Origin: an uncultured Candidatus Binatia bacterium
GTDB taxonomy: Bacteria; Desulfobacterota; Binatia; UBA9968; JAJDTQ01
Assembly (NCBI GenBank): GCA_964291295.2
Contig: OZ219754.1
Location: 3,392,001-3,456,000 of the forward strand
Direction: 5' to 3'
DNA: 64,000 bases
Under the pieces are notes generated by a model. The model made no database searches. It saw nothing but the letters and a program-made list of their open reading frames with translations, and was not told the DNA's origin. Position numbers and translations under genes: made by a program. Positions 41,484 through 50,260 of this stretch are shown here, in pieces (within the stretch, counting starts at the first letter, position 1; every line of letters starts with the position of its first letter).

Positions 41484-42256
41484 ACCTCCGCGCCTACATA
41501 CGGAACCGGCTGGGCGCGCGGAAGATCCTGCTCATGACCCACGTCATCGTGGGCTATCCGTCACTGGACGTGAACTGGCGCATGCTCGAGCGAATGGAGC
41601 GCGCGGACGTGGATCTGGTGGAGCTTCAGATGCCCTTCAGCGAGCCCATTGCCGACGGGCCGGTCTTCGCCCGGGCCAACCAGGAGGCCCTGGCGCACGG
41701 GCTTTCCATCGACCAGTACTTCGACTTCGTGGCCCGGGCCGCCCGGCGGTTCGGATTCCCGCACATCATGATGGGCTACTACAACACGGTGTTCCGGCTC
41801 ACCCACCGCACCTTCTGCGAGCGGCTGAGCACGGCCGGGGGCGCGGGGTTCATCGTCCCCGACCTTCCCATCGAGGAGTACCACGACCTCTTTCCCCTGA
41901 GCGAGGCCCACGGGTTGACCCCCGTGGCGCTGTTCACGCCCACCAACACCGATGCCCGGCTGGCCGAGATCGGCCGCCACGGCCGCGGTTTCGTCTACGG
42001 CGTGACGCGGCGCGGCGTCACCGGCAGGCCCACGGACCTGAAGGCCGGCATCGACGCGCTCGCGGCCCGCTACCGGGCGGCCACGGACATGCCCCTGGCC
42101 CTGGGCTTCGGCATCGCCGGCGGCAACGACGTCCGGGGACTCCACGGCCGCTGCGAAATCGCCATCGTCGGCTCGAGTCTGCTGGAACACTGGGAGAGCG
42201 GCGGCGAAGGAGCGTATGCGGATTTCCTCCAGGAACTTCACGAGGCGCGCTTCTGA
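41480..42256 (+). CDS. trpA: Tryptophan synthase alpha chain
   Basis: TTG overlapping the trpB stop; GYP, ELQMPFSEPIADGP, MGYYN, VPDLP, GVTG, GFGI, IVGS. Confidence 0.93.
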
Positions 42257-42280
42257 GCACCGCCCGGGCCGAGCAACCGG

Positions 42281-42484
42281 TCACCGCTGGCCATCTGCGG
42301 CGAACGCGAGGCAGGCACGGATGTCTTCGCGGGTCAGGTCGGGGAAGTCCCCGAGCAGTTCGTCCTCGGACATGCCGGACGCCAGGTAGTCAAGCACGTC
42401 CGAGACGGTCATGCGCAGGCCACGGATGCAGGGCTTGCCGCTGCGTTTTCCGGGCTCCGTCGTGATCCGGTCCAAGGGAGCCAT
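42281..42484 (-). CDS. DUF433 domain protein (antitoxin-like)
   Basis: RITTEPGKRSGKPCIRGLRMTV...GMSEDELLGDFPDLTREDIRACL. Confidence 0.92.
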   Translation of the reverse strand: MAPLDRITTEPGKRSGKPCIRGLRMTVSDVLDYLASGMSEDELLGDFPDLTREDIRACLAFAADGQR

Positions 42485-42628
42485 GGGATTCAGAGTATGC
42501 AACAGCCCGCGACCGGTCAAGCGGCCAGCACGTCCAGCCCGTTCCGGCACCGAACGGCGCGCTGATACGGGCCTTCCGTGTCCGCAGGCGTTTCTCTCGA
42601 TTCCAGGTAACCGGTACTACCATCCAGC

Positions 42629-42761
42629 CATGAGCATCTTCGGACAGCGCCTGCGCACCGCCGGTACTCCGCGCACCGCCACGCAGGGCCACCTCGCCGC
42701 CCGCGCCCACCCGCTGCCGGAACGGAGCGGGGTCTCCGGCGGGGTCGTGCGGGTTCCCTGA
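42629..42761 (+). pseudogene. Possible degenerate XRE HTH gene remnant
   Basis: MSIFGQRLRTA...TQGHLAARA resembles an XRE N-terminus, then decays. Confidence 0.35.
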
Positions 42762-42768
42762 GGGAAGC

Positions 42769-43716
42769 ATGCGGTTCGGCATCATGGGGACAGGCGGAGT
42801 CGGAGGTTACTTCGGCGGCCTGCTGGCCCGGGCAGGCTTTCCGGTCTGCTTCATCGCCAGGGGGCCTCACCTCCGGGCGTTGAGGGCGGACGGCCTCACC
42901 GTGAACTCGGTGGAGCCCGGCGACTTCAACGTGCGCAACGCTCTTTTCACCCACGACGCGGCGGCGGCCGGTCCTTGCGACGTGGTCCTGTACTGCGTCA
43001 AGACCCCTTCCAACGACGACGTGATCCCGTTCATTCGGCCCATGATGGGACCCGGGTCCGTGGTCCTGTCGCTGCAGAACGGCGTGGACAACGGCGCGTT
43101 GCTGGCACGCGAGTACGGGGAAGATCGGGTCATGGAGGGCGCGGCCTACATCTTCAGCACCATCGCGGCGCCGGGCAGGATCCATCAGACCGGCGGGCCG
43201 CGCCGGATCGTGTTCGGCCAACCGGGCGGGGGAGCCAGCCCGAGAGGCGAGGAGATCGTGGCCGCCATGGGCCGCGCCCGGATCGACGCCCGTCTTTCCC
43301 CGGACATCCGCATCGAACTGTGGAACAAGTTCATCTTGATCTGCGCGGTGAGCGGCATGACGGCGCTGACCCGGCGTTCCCTGGGCGAGGTTCTCGGCTA
43401 CGAGGGAACCGCGCGCATGGCCCGAGGGGTCATGCGGGAGGTCTTTCAACTGGCCCTGGCCATGGGGATTCCGCTGGAACCGGAGGCCGACGCCGCCAAC
43501 TACGGCCTGATGGCGCAACAGCACTCGTCCAGCAAGGGCAGCATGTGCCACGATCTGGAAGCCGGGCGGCGGCTCGAGATCGACGCGCTGTGCGGCTACG
43601 TCTCGCGCATGGCCCGGGTCCACGGCGTGGCCGCGCCCCTCAACGACTATCTCTACGACACCCTGAAGCTGGAAGACCTCCAGGCCGCCCGGCGGCTCGG
43701 GGAACCCATGGCGTGA
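42769..43716 (+). CDS. panE: 2-dehydropantoate 2-reductase
   Basis: GTGGVGGYFG, SLQNG, LWNKF, SMCHDL..GRRLEID. Confidence 0.9.
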   Translation: MRFGIMGTGGVGGYFGGLLARAGFPVCFIARGPHLRALRADGLTVNSVEPGDFNVRNALFTHDAAAAGPCDVVLYCVKTPSNDDVIPFIRPMMGPGSVVLSLQNGVDNGALLAREYGEDRVMEGAAYIFSTIAAPGRIHQTGGPRRIVFGQPGGGASPRGEEIVAAMGRARIDARLSPDIRIELWNKFILICAVSGMTALTRRSLGEVLGYEGTARMARGVMREVFQLALAMGIPLEPEADAANYGLMAQQHSSSKGSMCHDLEAGRRLEIDALCGYVSRMARVHGVAAPLNDYLYDTLKLEDLQAARRLGEPMA

Positions 43717-43720
43717 GCCC

Positions 43721-43758
43721 TCGGCCCATGGCGCACCGAAAGGAGCGCCATGGGCCGA
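43721..43758. terminator. Perfect 14-bp stem-loop between convergent panE and cyclophilin genes
   Basis: TCGGCCCATGGCGC / GCGCCATGGGCCGA. Confidence 0.6.
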
Positions 43759-43765
43759 ACGCCGG

Positions 43766-44362
43766 CTACTGCGCGGCCTCTTTCCGACGGGCGGTTCGGG
43801 TGACCACGGGCACCGTCGGCACGTCGCTGTGGGGACCGCGATTGCCGGTCTGCACGCCGGCGATCCCGTCCACCACGTCCATGCCCTCCACGACCTTGCC
43901 GAACACCGCATAACCGAAGTCCCGGGAGCCGTGGTCGAGGAATGCGTTGTCCTTCAGATTGATGAAGAACTGGGAGGTGGCGCTGTTGATGTCCGACGTG
44001 CGCGCCATGGACAGCGTTCCCCGAAGATTCCGAACCCCGTTGTCGGCCTCGTTCCTGATGGCCGCCCGGGTCTGCTTCTGGTTCATGTCCTCGGTAAATC
44101 CGCCGCCCTGAATCACGAAACCGGGAATCACCCGATGAAAGATGGTGCCGTCAAAGAATCCGGCATCCACGTAATCGAGAAAGTTCTTCGCCGTGACCGG
44201 GGCTTTCTCGGACATGAGTTCGATCGTGATGTCCCCCATGGACGTCGAAAAAATAACCACAGGTCTGTCCCCTCCCTCCGCTGCCGGATCGAAAGCCGCA
44301 ATGCCGGCCACCAGGCCGACTGCCCCTGCAAGGCACCGGAGTGCCGCACCCCACTGTTTCAA
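43766..44362 (-). CDS. ppiA: Cyclophilin-type peptidyl-prolyl isomerase, exported
   Basis: [36 protein letters not shown]; signal-like N-terminus. Confidence 0.93.
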   Translation of the reverse strand: MKQWGAALRCLAGAVGLVAGIAAFDPAAEGGDRPVVIFSTSMGDITIELMSEKAPVTAKNFLDYVDAGFFDGTIFHRVIPGFVIQGGGFTEDMNQKQTRAAIRNEADNGVRNLRGTLSMARTSDINSATSQFFINLKDNAFLDHGSRDFGYAVFGKVVEGMDVVDGIAGVQTGNRGPHSDVPTVPVVTRTARRKEAAQ

Positions 44363-44390
44363 GGTCTACCTCCTGGAACGGGTTTTTCGT

Positions 44391-45209
44391 TCATGCCTCA
44401 CCCGGGCCGGCCGCGATGCGGTCGAGTATCCAGTCCACCACCCGGGGCTTGCCCAACACGACGTCGAATCGCCGTTCGCACAGCTCCTTGCCGGCCCTCC
44501 GGGAGCATACGTAACGGCCGCCGGCCTCCTCCATCAGCACCTTGCTGGCCATGGCGTCCCACAGCCGGAGATCGAAGTCCACCATGGCGCCCACCGCACC
44601 CTCCACGGCCAGGGCATGGCCGAAACAGTCCGTGTAGGTGCGCACGGCCGGGTGCGCCCGCATCAGCGTGTCGAACACGCCGGAGCGGCCGGCGCCGACG
44701 AACTGTTGCCGATCGCCGATGCCGAGGATCTCCCCCTCCACCGCCTCATCGCCGGGGAGATCCTCCAGGGTCACGGACCGGCCGTTGCAGCGGGCCCCCA
44801 GCCCTCTGGCGGCGCTGTAGGTCCGGTCCAGGCCCGGCAGGTCGATGATCCCCAGGAGCGGCTCGTCGCCGTCAAGCAGCGCCAGCAGCGTGCCGTACAG
44901 GGGCACCCGGTGCCGGAAGCTCCGGGTGCCGTCGATGGGATCGATGACCCACGTCAGAGCGTGGCCGCCATCGGTTCCGGGCAACTCCTCGCCGATGACG
45001 CGGTGCGTGGGAAAACGAGAGGCCAGCAGCATCCGGGCCTTCTCCTCCACCGCGATATCGACATCCGTCACGAAGCTCCCGTCGGCCTTGCAGCCATGGG
45101 CAAAGCCCGTTTCCAGCGCATCGTCGATGAGCGTGCGCGTCTGCCGAACGATGTCGCAGGCCTGGGACAGCATTCCCCGCAGTTCCTCTGTCCCGGGCGC
45201 ACCGCTCAC
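44391..45209 (-). CDS. Inositol monophosphatase family (HisN-like histidinol-phosphatase)
   Basis: KADGSFVTDVD, GEE, WVIDPIDGT, WD. Confidence 0.85.
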   Translation of the reverse strand: MSGAPGTEELRGMLSQACDIVRQTRTLIDDALETGFAHGCKADGSFVTDVDIAVEEKARMLLASRFPTHRVIGEELPGTDGGHALTWVIDPIDGTRSFRHRVPLYGTLLALLDGDEPLLGIIDLPGLDRTYSAARGLGARCNGRSVTLEDLPGDEAVEGEILGIGDRQQFVGAGRSGVFDTLMRAHPAVRTYTDCFGHALAVEGAVGAMVDFDLRLWDAMASKVLMEEAGGRYVCSRRAGKELCERRFDVVLGKPRVVDWILDRIAAGPGEA

Positions 45210-45433
45210 CGGAAACTCCTTCCCGACCGGACATCCCTTCCCGGACCCCTTGCCGGACCCCCTTCCGGACGCGCCGCCATGACCCTCCCGCCACCCATGG
45301 GCGGAGTATACACGCTGCCGCGGATACTAGAAAACGAGAGCACGGAAGCACGCCGGTCGGAACCGGACGGTGGACTGGCACAGGCGCGGCTGTTAGGCTG
45401 TTCCGCTACCGCCCTGGAGCGAGGAAACCTCTC

Positions 45434-46204
45434 GTGAACCAATCCACTCATCACTCCATTTTCGCCATGACCGTCGGCATCGCCGAGAACTGGCGCCCGT
45501 CGGGCATCATGCCGTGCATCCGCAGCGACGCGGAGCGGGACCAGCCGGTTCCCTATATCATCTGGTGCATCGAGACCCCGGACGGCCCGGTGGTGGTGGA
45601 CACCGCCTACCACCCCGACTACGTCACCGCGGAGTGGGCTCAGGGAAACCGCTTCAGGGAGCCCGCGCAACTGCTGGGCGAACTGGGAATGCGCCCGGAG
45701 GATGTCGCCACGGTCATCGTCACCCACTTCCACGTGGACCACTTCACCGGCTTCGACTTCTTTCCCAAGGCGAACTTCATCATCCAGCAGGACGAGTACG
45801 ATTTCTGGACCGGCCCGATGATGCGTTTCGACTACCTCGACAAACTGATCCGGCCCAAGGTGCGCCCCGCCCTGCAACGACTGGTGGACGATGGCCGCGT
45901 CACCCTGGTGGACGGAGACCACGAGCTGGTCCCCGGGGTGGAGTTGCTGAAGGCCGGCGGCCACACCCCCGGCTCCCAGATGGTGGCGGTGGAGACGGTC
46001 CGGGGCAGGGCGGTGCTGTGCGGCGACATCGCCTATACCTACCGGAACCTTCGGGAACGAATTCCGGTGGGCTGGTACTTCAACCTGCCGGACTCGGTGA
46101 TGGCGCTGGACCGGGCGCTTCGGACCGCGGCGCGGCCCGAGTTGTCGTTTCCCAACCACGACCCCGAACTCATGCAGGGGAAACGGGTGAGACGGGTGGC
46201 CTGA
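45434..46204 (+). CDS. MBL-fold hydrolase (N-acyl homoserine lactonase family)
   Basis: THFHVDH, GGHTPGSQ, CGD, NHD. Confidence 0.85.
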   Translation: MNQSTHHSIFAMTVGIAENWRPSGIMPCIRSDAERDQPVPYIIWCIETPDGPVVVDTAYHPDYVTAEWAQGNRFREPAQLLGELGMRPEDVATVIVTHFHVDHFTGFDFFPKANFIIQQDEYDFWTGPMMRFDYLDKLIRPKVRPALQRLVDDGRVTLVDGDHELVPGVELLKAGGHTPGSQMVAVETVRGRAVLCGDIAYTYRNLRERIPVGWYFNLPDSVMALDRALRTAARPELSFPNHDPELMQGKRVRRVA

Positions 46205-46234
46205 CGGGATGCGGGCGGCCTGACGGAAACGGAC

Positions 46235-46711
46235 ATGGCGTTCCAAGGCCCGGAGTCCCGGCGCATCGGCGTTGTCTCGGATACCCACGGTCTGGTGCGG
46301 CCCCAGGTGCTGGACGCGTTGCGAGGCTCGGACCTGATCATCCACGCCGGCGACGTGGGCGGACCCGGCGTGCTGGAGCGGCTTGCCTCGCTGGCGCCGG
46401 TGACCGCGGTCCGGGGCAATGTCGATGGGGAGGCCTGGGCCGAAGACCTGCCCGAGGAACGAACCGTCGAGGCAGGCGGCGCCCGCATCCACGTGATCCA
46501 CGACCTGCGGGCCTTGGCCGTGCCGCCGGAGGGTTGCCGCATGGTCATAAGCGGCCACTCCCACCGACCCTCGGTCGAGGAGCGCGGCGGCATCCTCTAC
46601 CTGAACCCGGGCAGCGCCGGACCGAGGCGCTTCACGCTGCCGGTGGCGCTGGCGACCGTGCGGGTGGGCCGGCGGGGCCTGCGCCCGCAGCTGCTGGAAC
46701 TCGCCGTCTGA
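46235..46711 (+). CDS. Metallophosphoesterase (YfcE family)
   Basis: SDTH, HAGD, RGNVD, GHSH, NPGS. Confidence 0.92.
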   Translation: MAFQGPESRRIGVVSDTHGLVRPQVLDALRGSDLIIHAGDVGGPGVLERLASLAPVTAVRGNVDGEAWAEDLPEERTVEAGGARIHVIHDLRALAVPPEGCRMVISGHSHRPSVEERGGILYLNPGSAGPRRFTLPVALATVRVGRRGLRPQLLELAV

Positions 46712-46769
46712 CACGCCGCGGGGATGCCGAGCACAGACCCTTCACGGAACCCGGGGAGACCACGACGTC

Positions 46770-47558
46770 ATGGACCTCCAGCACGCACTCAAGACAGCCC
46801 GGGAAGCCGTACTCCAGGCGGGCGAGGAACTCCTCTCCCGCTTCACGTCGTCGCGCTACACGATTCAACACAAGAGCGCGGGCCACCCCGTGACAAGCGC
46901 CGACATCAAGGCCAACCAGGTGTTGCGGGAGACGCTGCTCGACGCGTTTCCGGAGGCCGGCTGGCTCTCGGAAGAATCATTCGACAACCCCGAACGGTTG
47001 ACGAAGCCGTGGGTGTGGATCGTCGATCCGCTGGACGGCACGAAGGAGTTCATCGAGGGGATCAAGGAGTTCGCCGTGTCCGTGGGGCTGGTGCGGGACA
47101 CGGCACCGGTGCTGGCCGTGACCTACAACCCGGCCACCGGGTGCATGAGCCATTGCCTGCGCGGCTCCGGTGTCTTCTCCAACGGACTGCCGGTTCGGGT
47201 GACGGACCGTTCGCGGCTGAACGGCGCCTCGGTGGTGGCCAGCCGGCGTGAAACCCGCAGAGGACTGTTCGCGGGCCTGGAGGACCGTCTCCGGATCACG
47301 CCCACGGGCAGCATCGCCCACAAGCTCGCGGAGGTCGCCGGCGGACGCGCCGACCTCACCGTGAGCCTGGCGCCAAAGAACGAATGGGACGTGTGCGCGG
47401 GAGTGCTGCTGGCGGAGGAAGCCGGCGCCACGGTCACGGACCTGGACGGAAGAGGGTTCTCTTTCAATCAACCCGACACATTGCGCAACGGCGTCATCGC
47501 CTGCAACCCGTCGCTCTACCCGGAGTTGTCCCGCCTGGTCGCGGCGCACCGGCGCTAG
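46770..47558 (+). CDS. CysQ / inositol monophosphatase family phosphatase
   Basis: PVTSAD, LSEE, WIVDPLDGTKEF, EWDVCAG. Confidence 0.88.
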   Translation: MDLQHALKTAREAVLQAGEELLSRFTSSRYTIQHKSAGHPVTSADIKANQVLRETLLDAFPEAGWLSEESFDNPERLTKPWVWIVDPLDGTKEFIEGIKEFAVSVGLVRDTAPVLAVTYNPATGCMSHCLRGSGVFSNGLPVRVTDRSRLNGASVVASRRETRRGLFAGLEDRLRITPTGSIAHKLAEVAGGRADLTVSLAPKNEWDVCAGVLLAEEAGATVTDLDGRGFSFNQPDTLRNGVIACNPSLYPELSRLVAAHRR

Positions 47559-47990
47559 CGGCGTGTCTCATGGATGGCATTGCAGTCTGCGATTTTACGT
47601 AGAATGGAGTTGACGGAGGTGGTCCGGACAAAAGGCTTGGGATTGGCATTGTGGCAAGCCAAGGAGTGCTTGATGGCGGCAATCCGTTCCGGGACGCTGC
47701 GAAAGACACTGCCGCGCAGACGCTGGTGAGTCAGCTTTGCGAACCCACTCTCGACGAGATTGAGCCAGGAGGTGCGGGTGGGCATGAAATGGAATCGGAA
47801 TCGCGGCTGAGCAGCCAGCCACCGGCGCAGCGCTTCATGCTTGTGGGTTCCGTAGTTGTCCAGGATGTTCCATGGTTGTCCAGAATGATGTGCCGGGTCG
47901 GGTCGCGCGGGAAGGCACGGTGGAGGCGCCGCAGGAACTTCAGGAACTCCGGATGCCGATACGGACCGATGAAGGCGCTTCGTCCAGGTA
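47555..47990 (-). mobile_element. IS630-family transposase 3' remnant (frameshifted)
   Basis: HPEFLKFLRRL...HIILDN...HKH...RFRFHFMPTRTSWLNLVE..F...NANPKPF; ends at CTAG. Confidence 0.85.
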
Positions 47991-48037
47991 CGACCGACCC
48001 CGACCGTGCAGCGGCCGGCCCGCTGGCGGCTACGGTC

Positions 48038-48289
48038 TCAGCGCCCGGGCCTGGCGGCCAGCACCTCGTCGAGGCTCGCCGCCACCAGCACGGCCTCCGC
48101 CCAAGCCTCCAGTTCGGAGGCCGACGCACCGCGAACCCGCTCGCCCACCGCATCCGGCACATCACCGAAGCGCAACGCCAGTTGACGAAGAAGAAGTTCC
48201 GCCAAGGCCTGTATCCGGCCTCGTTCGATTCCCTTCTCCATTCCCTCGGCTCTTCCCTGTTCGATCCAGGCTTGCGCGACTGTTCCCAT
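48038..48289 (-). CDS. Putative internally initiated small Rpn protein (RpnS-like antitoxin)
   Basis: In-frame ATG 48289 with GGGAGG 5 nt upstream inside rpn; MGTVAQAWIEQGRAEG..., 83 aa. Confidence 0.6.
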   Translation of the reverse strand: MGTVAQAWIEQGRAEGMEKGIERGRIQALAELLLRQLALRFGDVPDAVGERVRGASASELEAWAEAVLVAASLDEVLAARPGR

Positions 48290-49007
48290 CAGCGCCTCCC
48301 AACGGTCCGGCTTCGTCCGGCGCAGCGACGCCTCCAGCAAGGGCGGCGTCAGGTTCATGCACTCGGCCATGCAACGCACAATATGACGCTCGAACGCGCT
48401 CCCCGCAACCGGCCCGCCCGTCATCTGGTCCAGAAGATCCGTCGGTATGTCCTCGGCATATACCACCTTGAGCGCCAGAAGCCCGGCCCGCACTTCGGGC
48501 GAGACCGACAACCGCCCTGGCGCAATCTCGCCAAGGTCATGCAGCACATAGGCGAACTCCCTGACGAAAGGCTCCAGCTCCCCGGGCGCGTCGATCATCC
48601 CCGGCACCGAGGGCGCCGCAGTCCAGCGGCCCCGACCGTGGTAGAAAACCAGCGGAATGATCGCCGGCAGCCGGTCCCCCGCGGCGCCATTCTCGACCTC
48701 GCGGCGCCAGATGTTGACCATGTATTTCAGGAGTTGGAGCGGGGTGTCCGCGTCGACGCGGCTCTTGTGTTCGAGCAGCACGCGCATCGTGGCCGCTTCT
48801 CAGTCTCACCCGGAACAGCGCATCGCACTGGGTCCGCGCGGCATCCTCGTCCACGAAGTGGCCCTCCACCGCCTCGGGCGGGGCCTCGGGGTCGAGAAGA
48901 GCGGCGACTTCTTGCGGCAGGTATTGCGCCAGCAGCGCGGCGGCGCGGGCCGGCTCGGAGACCAGTGCCCGGAACAGCGCATCGTGGGGCGTCGTCGGAA
49001 GGCTCAC
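48038..49007 (-). pseudogene. rpn: Rpn family (YhgA-like) nuclease with DUF4351-like tail, frameshifted near 48785
   Basis: TPHDALFR...QCDALFRV in one frame, VLLEHKS...IIPLVFYHG...EQGRAEG...RFG in another. Confidence 0.85.
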
Positions 49008-49024
49008 CGGGCAGGTTCCCCGGC

Positions 49025-49192
49025 GTCTTTCGCAGCGTCCCGGAACGGATTGCCGCCATCAAGCACTACTTGGCTTGCCACAATGCCAATCCCAAGCCTT
49101 TCGTCCGGAACACATCCGTCCACTCCATCCTGCGCAAAACCATCCTGCGCGAAATCGCGGACTGCAAGGCCACTCATGAGACGTATCACTAG
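49025..49192 (+). mobile_element. IS630-family 3' end remnant, inverted relative to 47555-47707
   Basis: VFRSVPERIAAIKHYLACHNANPKPF, near-identical to the reverse complement of the left copy; ends at CTAG. Confidence 0.85.
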
Positions 49193-49452
49193 CCGCCGTC
49201 CTCCGGATCCGCGCCCTCCGGGTCGCCCACCTCCCGGAGCAGTTCCAGCGCCTCCTCGGCCTCTTCTTCCGGCACCTGTATGACGGCGGCCGCGCCGGCG
49301 GAACCGAAACCGCTCCACAGCGCCGCCACCGGCAGCAGGGTCAGCGCCGATTCGCCCTGTACCACGTAGGTGATGCCGGCGCTGTCCAGGACGGACTTGA
49401 CGACGGCCAGGGTCGCGACATCCACCGTCCGAAAAACAGCGACATGGCTCAC
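49189..49452 (-). CDS. DUF2007-like small protein
   Basis: VKSVLDSAGI.YVVQGE...IQVPEEEAEEALELL; GAGG RBS. Confidence 0.75.
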   Translation of the reverse strand: MSHVAVFRTVDVATLAVVKSVLDSAGITYVVQGESALTLLPVAALWSGFGSAGAAAVIQVPEEEAEEALELLREVGDPEGADPEDGG

Positions 49453-49510
49453 GGCTCGACCTCGGTGTCTTCCCGGGAGCCGGCGCGGGTCAGCCAATCC
49501 TCGAGGTCAT

Positions 49511-50257
49511 TCATGGCAGCCGTCCTTCCGCCAGCCCGAAAGCGCCGGGGTTCACCGCCGGTCCGGCAATGTCCAGAACCAGCTTCGTCACCGCCACCCG
49601 CCCGCCAAGGCATATTTCCACGTCTCTTCCCGGCTGTCTGGGGCGCTTGCGATACTCCGCCTGGTAGATGAACGCACCGTCTTCCCTGCGATAGCCGACG
49701 CCAAGCGGACCGGTGTCCAGGGCGCAGGCCACTACGCCCGCCTTGTCGCCGTTGGGCGGGTGCGGCAGATTCACGTTCCAGAACTCGCCCCGGGCCAGTC
49801 CGGGCTCGGAACGGAGCAGCCGTTCGAGCAAAGGCATCGCCCGGCCATGGGTGACCTCCCAGTCCAACGGCCGTCCCTTGGCGACATACTGGGAAATGGC
49901 CAAGGAACGGCAGCCGAGCAGCGCACCCTCCCGGGCCGCCGCCACCGTGCCCGAGATATAGATGTCGGCGCCGAGATTGGCCCCGCGGTTCACCCCCGCC
50001 AGCACCCAGGAGGCATCCGGGGCGATCTCCGTGAGCCCTATCCGGACGCAGTCCACCGGGGTGCCCTGGACGCTGTACCGCGCCGGGCCGACCCGCTCCA
50101 CCGCGATGGGCCGGTCCGTCGTCACCTGATGGCCCACGCCGGACCGTTCCCGGGCCGGTGCGACCACGACGACGTCGCTCAGGTCGCGCGCGATCCGCTC
50201 CAGCACCTCCAGGCCCTGGGCATCAATGCCGTCGTCATTGGTCAGCAAGGTTCTCAA
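49511..50257 (-). CDS. surE: 5'/3'-nucleotidase SurE
   Basis: LLTNDDG, VVAP...SG, GTPVDCV, GVNRGANLG, SGTVAAA. Confidence 0.95.
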   Translation of the reverse strand: MRTLLTNDDGIDAQGLEVLERIARDLSDVVVVAPARERSGVGHQVTTDRPIAVERVGPARYSVQGTPVDCVRIGLTEIAPDASWVLAGVNRGANLGADIYISGTVAAAREGALLGCRSLAISQYVAKGRPLDWEVTHGRAMPLLERLLRSEPGLARGEFWNVNLPHPPNGDKAGVVACALDTGPLGVGYRREDGAFIYQAEYRKRPRQPGRDVEICLGGRVAVTKLVLDIAGPAVNPGAFGLAEGRLP

Positions 50258-50260
50258 CGG

